Origin: Bilabrum cf. latius
Taxonomy: Eukaryota
Assembly (NCBI GenBank): GCA_965178125.1
Contig: OZ237764.1
Coordinates: 124,001 to 188,000 of the forward strand
Reading direction: 5' to 3'
Length of the DNA: 64,000 bases
Shown here in pieces: positions 40,272 through 51,181 of this stretch; positions within the stretch are counted from its first letter, which is position 1; every line of letters begins with the position of its first letter. The notes beneath the pieces are model-generated. The model was not told the origin of the DNA and ran no database searches. It worked only from the letters and a program-made list of their open reading frames with translations. The translations under genes and the position numbers were made by a program.

Positions 40272-41460
40272 CCTTGCCCTTCCCGTTGTCCTTGCCTCCA
40301 GTAATGCTGCTATCGATACTACATGCGCTGCTGGCTGCCGCTGATCCTGCCCCTACATCCCCTCCAGAGTTGGCCATCCTAAGCTATGCCGCCAGTGCCA
40401 GTCCCCTGGTGACCACCCTTTCAGCCACGTGCTTTGGAGCTTCCACCGGGGGCTGCTTGGCGGTGGGCAGCGCGAGACCAGGAACCCACTCCAGGGCAGG
40501 CTCGTATCCCAGACCATCAACTTGGGGCGGCTCCGCGGCTGCCGCTGCCTGTGCGGCCTAGTATGCCCTGGCCCTGGCTGCCTGCTTGGCCCGGATCTAG
40601 GCGGCAAGGCCATGGCCGAAGAACGGCTCGGCCGGGGCAGGGGCAGGGGCAGGGGCAGGGGCAGGGGCAGGGGCAGGGGCAGGGGCAGGGGCAGGGGCAG
40701 GGGCAAGGGCAAGGGCAGGGGCAGGGGCCGAAGTGCCCGTGCTTCCTTGGGCCCCTGGTTCTGGTTCACCATCTTGGTCGGTATGTTCGGTCCGCCTACG
40801 CTTACTGGGTGCTTCCTAGTCGCCGGCGGATGCGCGCGCTGCAGTCCCCGCCCCACTCCCTGCTGCCTTCGCCGAGTGAGCACTTGCTTCGCTGGAGGGC
40901 GCGCCTCTGCTGGCGGGCTCTTCGTCGCCGTCATCCGATTCAAGGTCTATGACCACAGGTGATCTGATCTGTGGCTACCTGGGACGCTTGTTACCCACAT
41001 CGCTCGTTGTTGCTTGCGCAGGTAGGGCACTTTCTCCCGCGGCGCCCCCCGCAGCCTGGCTCGGACCCGACTCCTGCCCAAGTTCGGGCGTAAAATAGTC
41101 CCACCGGTGCGGTTCTGTCGGAACCAATCTCCCTGTTTTAATGCATTCGTCCATCCAAGACTTCTTTACCATGTCGATTGGTCTATAGGGCCGCTGCAGG
41201 AGTGCAATCGGAGAACCTGGCTTGCCTAGCGCGAACAGTTTAGCGTATGTGCTTTGCAGTGTCTAGTACGGAGAGACTACAATAGAATTTTGCAAAAAAT
41301 GCCCCGGAGGAGCATTTTTCCGAATATTGAGCCACTTGCTCAGCTCTGCATGCTTCGCGATGAGCGCCGACAGCTTTCGCACTTTCGTTTTGGTTAATGA
41401 GAACAAATCCACAGAGAAAAACACGTCCACTGGCACTGGATTAATAATATTGCTCTGCAT
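34753..41460 (-). CDS. Bifunctional polynucleotide 3'-phosphatase/5'-kinase (PNKP-like) with N-terminal BRCT-like domain and large low-complexity insertions (about 2200 aa)
   Basis: BRCT-like VKKSWMDECIKTGRLVP; HAD motif LAMDVDETVV, LVTNEGG, RKPGLG, SMFVGDEAGR...DHSSSDLGFALNAGMRFCTPEHFF; P-loop MSGRQGAGKST. Eleven fragments in one frame joined by TAG, except one in-frame TAA at 40057 (possible intron); TGA at 34753. Confidence 0.8.
35957..36198. repeat. 27-bp coding minisatellite (about 9 copies) encoding GLAGGSSSG in the PNKP-like gene
   Basis: Unit ctagacgacccacctgcaagaccacca repeated almost perfectly. Confidence 0.95.
40634..40727. repeat. (GGGGCA)n hexamer repeat encoding a Pro-Ala linker on the minus strand
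   Basis: About 15 copies visible directly. Confidence 0.9.
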
Positions 41461-41591
41461 GGCTTCAACGGTATCGATCTCGTGTGCTGGTTGCAGGAAT
41501 CGGCAAAAAGCCCGGGCTGGGGTCGTCTGGTTCCGGAATCACAAATCAGCTAAAAGCCAATCCCGTCAGCTATACAATCAAAATTGTCTCT

Positions 41592-44158
41592 ATGCAGTCC
41601 GCATCTGATCCTTCTAGGCAGAAGGGTAACGCTGCATTTGCCAAGCGAGACTATCTTGGTGCCGTTTAGTTCTACAACGACGCAATTCGTGAGAGAGAGC
41701 TTGTGCGTAGACCCGGTGCCAAGTGCTCGACTGGTTGTACTTAGCTCCTCAAGAATCGCACCAACGCATCCATGTGATGGCTATTTCGTTTGCAGGATAG
41801 GATAAGACGGATGTTGCTGCCTATTCCAACCTGGCTGCTGCTCTGCTCGCTGTCGGCAGGCCCGGGGCTGCTGCCATTGCTGGTGTTCAAGCGGTTCATG
41901 AAATGCTGCATGGGCACCTGGATGAGGAAACTGAAGATGCAGGTGCCTTGAAGGAGTGGAGGGTGTTGTGCAAGGCTGCGTATCGTGGATCCATTGGATT
42001 GTCGTGGTGTGGCCACGTAGCTGCGGGCGCTAGGCTCGCCGAGTTCGCGAGCGCAGCGGCCAGGGTGGCATCTAGTGGCGGCATGAACTCCAAGGACATT
42101 GCATTTGAATCCCAATCGAAAGAGACTGTCCGCGCTGCGGCTGCCGCCTGGGGCATGCTCCGCGAGAGCAGCCGAACCGCAGGAGATGGATCAGCTGATA
42201 GCACTGCAGGAGGTGGCCCCACTGGCACTGGCGGCGGCATCCACACCGTGCTCATGCGAGCTGTGACAGCACTTGCACTGGATAAATCAGAGTTCAAAGG
42301 CGCCGCTATGTTGACAGGTCCAAAGGCCGACGCAGCGCCCTCAAGCGCCAGTGCAAGCGATGGGGGCGCCGCCACTGTTGCAGCACTGGCAGGGGAGGGG
42401 GAGGGGGAGGGTGCATCAGCGGCGGCCCCTGTGCGCCCACTCCTCCCCGGCATCGATACCCTGCGCGAGGCAAGGTGCACTGCACTGCGGCTAGAGCGAG
42501 CCGCAGCTGCAGCCGCGCCCCCTGCCGGCAAGGCTGCCCCCGTTGCCCAGTTCAAAGCCCGCTCTGCCGCGCTGGAGGCGTGCATCGGCAGCGCATGGCT
42601 GGCAGGGGGGATGGCCTCTGTGGCAGTGGAGCGGCTGGAAGAGGCCCTGGCTCGATGGGAGGACCACGAGGACGGCAAGCGGGCCGCTGCTCGCCTGGAG
42701 GAGGCACTGGCGCCGGCTGTGCAAAGGGAGATGATCGGCAGGTGGGACCGCGGCAGTCCAGAGGGATGGAAGGGAGGCAGGCGCTCCCTGGAGATCATGC
42801 GAGCCGTATGTGACTGTGCACTGGCAGACCATGCAGGTGCCGTGCAGCGACTGCAGCGCTTGCCCCTGGGTGGCAGCGGGGGACCCTCAGCTGAGCCGAG
42901 TGGTGTATGCACTGCCGCGCCGTCGTCTGCAGCTTCAAGCTCAAGCGGTGCGGTGCCGAAAGGCATCGGAGCTCTCATCGCGCACCTGCAGGCTGTCATC
43001 GCTGAGAAAGCTCGGCTCGGGTCTCGCTTCAAGGAGGCCAGCGGGTCCGCAGGCGGTGACAATGCCAGCATGCGGGAGATTGCGGAGGGCTATGCTGCCC
43101 TCGGTGCCTTGTTGCCTGGGCTTGGACCTGGACCTGGGGCTGGGGCTGGGGGGACGGATGCCGCCGGATGGCAGTCGGCGCTGCTGGATGTGCTGCGCAT
43201 CGGTGGTTCCTGCGCCAGCTTCGGTTGCAACCAGAGCGTGGCGCTGCTCCGAGCAGGGGACGAACAAGGGGCCCTGAGGGCGGCGATGGGGGTCTGCCGC
43301 AGGCACCCGCTGAGTGAGAGGGGCTGGCACAGGCTGGCCAATGCGGCGGCTGCCAGGCTCGCGGGTTTGGGAGGTGGTGGCAAGGGGCCAGCGAGCGGAG
43401 CTAGCGTCACGGTGAAGTCCCAGTCCCCGGGACAGATCCGCGCCCTGCTGTGCTCCGCTGTGGATGTGCTGGGATGCCTGGAGGACTACACAGCCCCTGC
43501 GGCAGGCAGTCTCCCGCTGGGCAAGGGCCGGGCCTCCTGGCTGGCGGAGGGGGTCAGGGGGGAGGCATCCAGGAGGGCGCTGGGCAAGGACCTGGCCAAA
43601 GGCAGGGCACTCGTCACACGCGGGGGCACACCCGCCGTGCGAGAGGTCCCCAGCGACGGGCACTTCTCCAGCGTGGCGGCTGCGGCCGCTGCCACTGGCA
43701 CCGTGCTCGTGGTGGACTACCACGCGACGTGGTGCGGTCCCTGCAAGATGCTGGCCCCGCACTACCAGGCGCTGGCCAGACGGCTCTCCGGGCCCCGCTG
43801 CCAGTTCCTCAAGGTGGACGGGGACGTGTGCCAGCGAACGGTCGCAACCGCCGGGGTGAGGGCGTTCCCGACAGTGCACGGGTACTGGCCCCCTTCAGGA
43901 ACCAGACTGGCCGAGCTGCAGGGGGCGGATCCCTCGGCGCTGCAGCGGGTGGTCAAAGAGGCGATCGAGAGGGGGCGGGCGGCAAGGGCCAAGGTGCTGA
44001 GCAGAGCGAGGGCGGCCGGCGACTCGGAGGGGGGCGCGAGTCCTCTGTCCAAGGCCGACGCAGAGGGGGCCGCGGTGGCGGGTCCCGCTCTTGCGGATGC
44101 TGCCCTGGTGCAGGCAGTCAAAGGGGCGCTGGAGGCAGCCGCATCGATGGGGCTGTGA
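41592..44158 (+). CDS. TPR-repeat protein with C-terminal thioredoxin domain (WCGPC)
   Basis: RQKGNAAFAKRDYLGAV(TAG)FYNDAI; intron 41689-41795; R(TAG)DKTDVAAYSNLAAA; VVDYHATWCGPCK...FLKVDGD...GVRAFPT; TGA at 44156. Confidence 0.88.
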
Positions 44159-44348
44159 TGGAGGCGTACTCAACAACCGGATGCACAGTGAAAAGCTATC
44201 ATGTCTCTTCCAAGTCATTCAAAACCTGACGGCCCAATCGCCACGATGGACCCAGCTAGCTCGAATTCGGCCCACATGTAATGTGGAAGCAGGAGTCCCC
44301 TTTCATAGCCCGCCTCTTTCACAGCTCACTGCTCACTGCTTCACAGCT

Positions 44349-44645
44349 TCACTTCGCCTTGGCGGCAAGCGGGTCCGCCGGGCACGGGATCAGAGGCAGG
44401 ATGTACGGCGTGCTCCTCACGTATGCCTGGTACTTGGGGTTGGATGCATACCTCTCTGCGTAGTCCTTCTCCAGCATGGGGCCGGTGAGCAGGTAGAGCA
44501 GCAGCGTGATGAAGGCAGGGCTCAGCTGCGCCGACCAGAACATCAAGGGGCTCTGCAGGCCGCGGGCGGCCACTGTTGCGAGCATCCACCACATGATGAT
44601 CTCAGCTGCGTAGTTGGGGTGCCTGGAGAGGGACCAGAGGCCGGA
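44349..44645 (-). pseudogene. 5'-truncated duplicate of the DUF1295 gene (C-terminal part only)
   Basis: SGLWSLSRHPNY...PLAAKAK, cut at the duplication junction. Confidence 0.8.
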
Positions 44646-45586
44646 GCTTCGGTTGCAACCAGAGCGTGGCGCTGCTCCGAGCAGGGGACGAACAAGGGGC
44701 CCTGAGGGCGGCGATGGGGGTCTGCCGCAGGCACCCGCTGAGTGAGAGGGGCTGGCACAGGCTGGCCAATGCGGCGGCTGCCAGGCTCGCGGGTTCGGGA
44801 GGTGGTGGCCAGGGGCCAGCGAGCGGGGCAAGCGTCACGGTGAAGTCCCAGTCCCCGGGACAGATCCGCGCCCTGCTGTGCTTCGCTGTGGATGTGCTGG
44901 GATGCCTGGAGGACTACACAGCCCCTGCGGCAGGCAGTCTCCCGCTGGGCAAGGGCCGGGCCTCCTGGCTGGCGGAGGGGGTCAGGGGGGAGGCATCCAG
45001 GAGGGCGCTGGGCAAGGACCTGGCCAAAGGCAGGGCACTCGTCACACGCGGGGGCACACCCGCCGTGCGAGAGGTCCCCAGCGACGGGCACTTCTCCAGC
45101 GTGGCGGCTGCGGCCGCTGCCACCGGAACCGTGCTCGTGGTGGACTACCACGCGACGTGGTGCGGTCCCTGCAAGATGCTGGCCCCGCACTACCAGGCGC
45201 TGGCCAGACGGCTCTCCGGGCCCCGCTGCCAGTTCCTCAAGGTGGACGGGGACGTGTGCCAGCGAACGGTCGCAACCGCCGGGGTGAGGGCGTTCCCGAC
45301 AGTGCACGGGTACTGGCCCCCTTCAGGAACCAGACTGGCCGAGCTGCAGGGGGCGGATCCCTCGGCGCTGCAGCGGGTGGTCAACGAGGCGATCGAGAGG
45401 GGGCGGGCGGCAAGGGCCAAGGTGCTGAGCAGAGCGAGGGCGGCCGGCGACTCGGAGGGGGGCGCGAGTCCTCTGTCCAAGGCCGACGCAGAGGGGGCCG
45501 CGGTGGCGGGTCCCGCTCTTGCGGATGCTGCCCTGGTGCAGGCAGTCAAAGGGGCGCTGGAGGCAGCCGCATCGATGGGGCTGTGA
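44645..45586 (+). pseudogene. 5'-truncated duplicate of the TPR-thioredoxin gene (intact thioredoxin domain)
   Basis: Copy of 43217-44158; frame open and WCGPC intact, but lacks the native 5' end. Confidence 0.75.
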
Positions 45587-45805
45587 TGGAGGCGTACTCA
45601 ACAACCGGATGCACAGTGAAAAGCTATCATGTCTCTTCCAAGCCATTCAAAGCAATCATGTCTCTCCTAAACCATTCAAAACCTGACGGCCCAATCGCCA
45701 CGATGGACCCAGCTAGCTCGAATTCGGCCCACATGTAATGTGGAAGCAGGAGTCCCCTTTCATAGCCCGCCTCTTTCATAGCTCACTGCTCACTGCTTCA
45801 CAGCT

Positions 45806-46684
45806 TCACTTCGCCTTGGCGGCAAGCGGGTCCACTGGGCATGGAATCAGAGGCAGGATGTACGGCGTGCTCCTCACGTATGCCTGGTACTTGGGGTTGG
45901 ATGCATACCTCTCTGCGTAGTCCTTCTCCAGCATGGGGCCGGTGAGCAGGTAGAGCAGCAGCGTGATGAAGGCAGGGCTCAGCTGCGCCGACCAGAACAT
46001 CAAGGGGCTCTGCAGGCCGCGGGCGGCCACTGTTGCGAGCATCCACCACATGATGATCTCAGCTGCGTAGTTGGGGTGCCTGGAGAGGGACCAGAGGCCG
46101 GACTGAATCCACGGGGTGGGGCGCTCGCTCTCGGGCACTTGCTTGTAGCTGTACTTTGCAGTGTCGGCCAGGGACTGCGAGGCAAACATGGCGAGCCATA
46201 TTCCAATCAGCACGTAGTCCACCGGTCCCATGGGCTCCCCACTCAGTAGGCCAGCCTCTCCGCTGTTGGCACGAAGGGAGGCATTCGCGAGGATCCAGGC
46301 CGGGAGCGCGTCCATGGTAACCCAGAGGCCTTGCATCGTCCACACGACGATAAAGCGGCGAATGTTCAACTTAATTTGGTCAAACCTCTTGTCCTTCCCG
46401 TCTCTTGCCATGCGTGTGACGAGAAAGCTGCCAAGCCGAAGGGTCCAAAAGATGACCATCGCATGCACCGCAACCGACCGAGGCGCAGATGAGACCGCAG
46501 CCGCGAAAGACCCGAACCCCTGAATGAGTGATATCATCGATAAGGCGGAAGTTGTAAGGAATGTGACGCTGCCCCACCCATCGTAGAACTTCTCTGATTG
46601 AAATATCACTGCGGGAATTGCCGCAATCCACTGCATGCCAACGGCGATCCCAGTCAAGATCCATGGATCCGCATTCGCAAGCAT
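45806..46684 (-). CDS. DUF1295 / steroid 5-alpha-reductase-like membrane protein, 292 aa
   Basis: SEKFYD, WTLRLGSFL..R...DGKDKRFD, WTMQGLWV, SGLWSLSRHPNY; TGA at 45806. Confidence 0.92.
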   Translation of the reverse strand: MLANADPWILTGIAVGMQWIAAIPAVIFQSEKFYDGWGSVTFLTTSALSMISLIQGFGSFAAAVSSAPRSVAVHAMVIFWTLRLGSFLVTRMARDGKDKRFDQIKLNIRRFIVVWTMQGLWVTMDALPAWILANASLRANSGEAGLLSGEPMGPVDYVLIGIWLAMFASQSLADTAKYSYKQVPESERPTPWIQSGLWSLSRHPNYAAEIIMWWMLATVAARGLQSPLMFWSAQLSPAFITLLLYLLTGPMLEKDYAERYASNPKYQAYVRSTPYILPLIPCPVDPLAAKAK

Positions 46685-46857
46685 ACTGCTGTAGTTCTCG
46701 CTTAGAAAGGGGGGTTACCTGAGCCCTTGCAACACTGGTTAGTGAATGCGCTCCGTCACCGATGCTGCAAATTCCTGTCTTCATCATCACCGTTTTGATT
46801 CGGACCGAAGCGGGAACGTGCACTTTGATAACTCGGTTCAACGTTCCAAGGAAGTAA

Positions 46858-47837
46858 ATGGCTGCTGCAGCTTCCGACGCATCGAGCGCCCCTGCGCCTG
46901 CTCCCTCTGCCGAGGCTCTTAAGGATGAGACCAAGGTGACGTGGACGCGAGCGGACGGGACCGAAGTCCCAGGCTTTGCCTTTGGCGAGGGTAAGGGCAT
47001 ATATAGCATTGATGAGCAATTCATTGCATGATGCACCGAATCGAATTTCGAGGGAAGCTTGGCACGAGGCAGCACGACTAAGCCCACCAGGCGCGACGAC
47101 TAATGCATGATTGAACATTAAGATTCGTTTGTTCGCTCGTTCGATGATGTGGCGGATCTTTGGTTCTGTTTTCGCGCACGCCACCCGTCTCTTTCGCAGC
47201 CGGAAAGCCCGGCGTAGTGTGCATCCAGGAATGGTGGGGCGTGGCTCCCTGGACGCGCGCCCAGGCCCAGTACATCGCGGACCGCGGCTTCCGCGTGATA
47301 GTCCCTGACCTGTATCGGGGTAAGCTCTCGCTGGAGGCTAAGGAGGCGGAGCACCTGATGGGGGGCCTGGACTGGGCCGGGGCCGTGGAGGACGTGCGCG
47401 GCGCCGTGACGCACCTCAAGTCGGAGGGCTCTCCCAAGGTGGGCATCACGGGGTTCTGCATGGGCGGGGCACTCACCCTCGCCAGCGCTGTGCTGGTGGA
47501 GGGACTCGCCGCGGCGGCGCCCTTCTACGGGACCCCTTCCCCGGGGCTTGCGGACGTGGGCAAGTGCTCCATCCCCGTGCTCGCTCAGTTCGGGGAGAAG
47601 GACAACCACAAGGGGTTCAGCGACCCCGAGGCGGCCGAGGCCCTGGGCGAGAAATTGAAGGCGGCCGGATGCGAGCACGAGGTGAGGATCGTCCCCGGGG
47701 TCGGGCACGGTTTCCTCAACGATCTCTTCAAGGACGGACTCGAGGCCAACGCGAAGCTGGGCAGGCCATCCGACCCGGGGGCCGCCCGCGGTGCCTTTGA
47801 CGCTGCGATGGAGTTCTTCGGCAAGCACCTCAAGTGA
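46858..47837 (+). CDS. Dienelactone hydrolase (carboxymethylenebutenolidase) family
   Basis: Exon 1 46858-46990, intron 46991-47199 (GTAAGG...TCGCAG). IQEWWG, PDLYRG, GFCMGG nucleophile motif, FGEKD, GHGF; TGA at 47835. Confidence 0.93.
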
Positions 47838-48019
47838 GCCGAGAGCAGCTGCCAGTGGACTTTGTCGCAAAGTCTACCTCCCCTCTGAAAAATCTATACG
47901 TGGCTCGTGCGCGGTTCCGGGTTTGACAGATTGCGTTTCGTGATCGCACTTGTCACACTCCAGGCATCGCGAAGACGTGTCTCGGCACCACCAACGCACG
48001 AATAATACTGGCTACCGCG

Positions 48020-50291
48020 ATGTTGAGAAGAGCATTGAGACAGATTTCTCTTGTAGGCTACCATAGCAACCTAATGAGGACATCCACTAGGTCTTTGCGG
48101 TCAAGTGCACCTGCAACTGCCCGTATTTTGTGTGCTGATAATGTTTCGCCAAGATGCGCCGAGATTTTCGAGGATAGAGGCCACAAGACTGTGCAATCGG
48201 CGGGCCTATCGTTTGAGGAATTGAAAACAGAATTGCCAAAGTACGATGCTGTGATTGTTCGGTCGGCAACGAAACTGCCTGCAGAGGCGTTTCCGTATGG
48301 CACCTCTCTCAAGGTAAGATGATGCCTGTAGAAAGCCAAACGTCGGCACTTGTGAATTACAAGTCGCATGTATTGTACTTACAGCACCCATAGCTTGGCC
48401 GCCAGTGCTCTGATGCTCTTTTGAAGGCAACCCAGGATCGACAAGCGTCCTTGCCGTGTGGTATTTGGGCTTTTCTCGTCTACAAGATGAGTCAGGAAGT
48501 GGTATGCTTCTCCTGTGGCTTATTTTATTGCTGATTTACAGGATTCGAATGCGCCTTTATTCTGAAGAGCGGTGGTTTGGGCAGCGTGTTGCGTACGACT
48601 GGTGGGTGATGGACGTGCCCATGACCATTGCCCTGGCATGGCTCCTGTGATGGCGACCATGTTACGCTTCGGAATCATGTATCTCCACAACGTTGAAGCA
48701 GATCATGTGTTTACTGCCTAGCCCCGTAGAGAAGCACGCTCTGCGGCGAGCGACTGTACCCTCTCATCCACTCACTCGCTCTTCTGCCCACTACGCTGCT
48801 GCTGCTGCTGCTGCTGCTGCTCGTGCTCCGCAGGTGATCGGGCGCGCCGGCGTGGGTGTGGACAACATCGACCTGGATGCAGCCACCAAGCACGGCGTCA
48901 TCGTGCAGAACACGCCCGGCGGCAACACCCAGGCCGCCGCCGAGCTGGCCTTCAGCCTACTCGTCACACTCGCGCGCCAGGTGCCCGCTGCCAACATCTC
49001 GCTGCGGGAGGGCCGCTGGGACCGGAAGCTCTACAAGGGCAGGGAGCTGAAGGGAAAGACCATCGGCATCGTGGGACTGGGATCCATCGGGCAGTGCATG
49101 GCTGGGCTCTGCAAGGCCCTTGGCATGACGGTGGTGGGTCACGACCCGATGGCCTCCCCCGAGGCGGTGGAGGCGTCTGGCGCCGAGCGGGTGTTCGACA
49201 GCCTGGAGGAGCTCATGGGGGCCAGCGACGTGGTGAGCCTGCATGTGCCGGGGGGGGCCTCCACGGAGGGCATGCTGGGGAGGGCGCAGCTCAAGGCGGC
49301 CAAACCCGGCTGCCTGGTGGTCAATGCCGCGAGGGGCGGGGTAGTGGACGCGGAGGCTCTCCTCGAGGCACTGGAGGAGGGGTGGATCGCGGGCGCCGCT
49401 TTGGACGTGTACGACCAGGAGCCGCCTTCTACGGAGGCCACCAAGAAGATCGTGTCCATGCCCCAGGTGGTGTGCACCCCCCACTTGGGGGCGTCCACCG
49501 AGGAGGCCCAGGTCAAGGTGGCCGAGCAGATCGCAGAGCAGGTGTGCGACGTGCTGGACGGCAGGCGGTACGTGGGCGTGGTGAACGCCAAGCACGTGGC
49601 CCTCTCCCAGCAGCCCGCGGGCCAGGCGGTGGCTGGCCTCTCCCAGTCCTTGGGTCTGCTGGCCTCTAGCATCGTCGAGGGGGGCGCGGAGAGCATCCAG
49701 GTGGAGCTGTCCCCCCGCCTCGCGGCCAAGAACCCCGCGTACGAGGAGCTGGTGCGGTCGGCGGTGCTGGCGGGGGCGCTGCCCTGCATCCGGCAGGACA
49801 TCGCGGAGAAGGACGTCAATCTGATCAACGCGGGGGCGCTGGCGGAGGTCAACGGGGTGAAGTGCACGGTGGCGCGCATGCAGGAGGACGACGCGGCGGA
49901 TTTCGAGTCGGTCATCCAGGTGACGGTGGCAAGCGGCAGCGGGCAGCGGTCTGCCCGTGGAGCGATCGACGCGGGGCAGCCGCGTGTGATCGGCATCGAC
50001 CACTGGTCCAGCTTCCCTTCCTTTGCGCCTCGCGGCAGCGTGCTGCTGGTGCAGAACACGGACAAGCCCGGGGCCATCGGGCAGGTGGCCCGGGTGCTGG
50101 CGAACGAGGGCACCAACATCGCGCAGATGTCCGTGGCGAGGCAGCACCCGGGCTCGCCCGCGCTGTGCGTGCTTCTGCTCGACGACCGGGTCACCAAGGC
50201 CACCAGGCAGCGCATCGCCGGGCTTGACGGGATCTACTCCGTGGCGACGGCTTCCTTCGGGGGCCGGGCCAGCACGTCTGCCAGCATCTGA
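48020..50291 (+). CDS. PHGDH: D-3-phosphoglycerate dehydrogenase (type I, with ACT domain) and putative mitochondrial presequence
   Basis: IVRSATK; intron 48314-48833; VIGRAGVGVDNID, NTPGGN, GLGSIG, NAARGGVVD, TPHLGAST, ACT domain NTDKPGAIG; TGA at 50289. Confidence 0.95.
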
Positions 50292-50388
50292 GCCTGCAGT
50301 TTGAGTGCTACCGCAATCCCTTGGTGAACAGTCACATGGTGTAAAACATCTATCATTTAGTCATCTTGAAATGTTCTGAAAAAACGCA

Positions 50389-51003
50389 TCAATCCTGGTA
50401 CCGGTCCCAAATATACTCAAAGATCGCCTCCTCGTCCTGGCCGTCCTCTTCCAACTTCACAACTTCTTCTTGCACCGCCTTCTGCTTGTCAGCTGAAAGA
50501 CTCATTAGCAAGCCAACGACTCGCTTTGCGTACCCCTTCACGGAGTGGACGGTGTACTTCTGCATGTACTCTTCAACCAGATCGGCCAGCTCCGGCACTG
50601 CCTCGCATACGGTGAGCACGAAGTGCTGGCAATTGGTCACCTTGCCCCAGCTTTCTAAGCCCGTAGCATCGAAGAGCTCTTTCGTAAATTCACCACTCGT
50701 AGAGGCTTTTGCAGCTTCACGAGTGACTGCTCGGAGGTCGACACCGAAAGCTTCAGTGGTTGTGACAGGCTTGATTGCATCCGTCCCAGGCTTGACATGA
50801 TACACAAAGACATCATTGTTCAGCTCCTCAGCGAAATAATTCTTCAATGGTTCGTAAGTTTGTGCGTGGTACTCGATTGCGATCCGATCCGACGAGTCGC
50901 TGTCTTCGAGGAGCAGTACGGCGTGGTGAAACATCGCCACAGCCGGGGCCTTCTTGAGCCCTACAGTTGCAATCCGAGCTGTCCAGGAATGAGCTCCTGC
51001 CAT
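50389..51003 (-). CDS. Permuted papain-like NlpC/P60 protein (PPPDE/LRAT-like), 204 aa
   Basis: N-terminal His (FHHAVLL) and TNCQHF catalytic Cys motif; TGA at 50389. Confidence 0.7.
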   Translation of the reverse strand: MAGAHSWTARIATVGLKKAPAVAMFHHAVLLLEDSDSSDRIAIEYHAQTYEPLKNYFAEELNNDVFVYHVKPGTDAIKPVTTTEAFGVDLRAVTREAAKASTSGEFTKELFDATGLESWGKVTNCQHFVLTVCEAVPELADLVEEYMQKYTVHSVKGYAKRVVGLLMSLSADKQKAVQEEVVKLEEDGQDEEAIFEYIWDRYQD

Positions 51004-51181
51004 GACTGTTATTTTTTGTAATGGCTCGGTAGCTTGGTTGGTGTGCACGCCGAGTTTGCCCACCAGTTGCGTGTCACTAAATGACAATACCAGATTTCGG
51101 AAACAGACGATTTTGGACGCAAAGGCTGATGGCGGCGATTGATTGCATCGATAACACATACTAATGTTCCAAGTGATGCAA

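Larger units (their letters stand above)
43217..46102. repeat. Tandem segmental duplication: 43217-44645 and 44645-46102
   Basis: Near-identical copies with scattered substitutions and about 29 extra bp in copy 2 near 45650-45680. Junction gaggccgg-A-gcttcggttg at 44645. Confidence 0.95.

Noticed and set aside
48456-48650. Hydrophobic 64-aa ORF inside the PHGDH locus
   Set aside because: It lies within the 520-nt intron, has a GTG start and no supporting motif.
41896-50215. Long antisense ORFs (for example 41896-43071, 48957-50147, 49139-50215)
   Set aside because: These are shadow ORFs of GC-rich coding sequence on the opposite strand, with no recognisable motifs.
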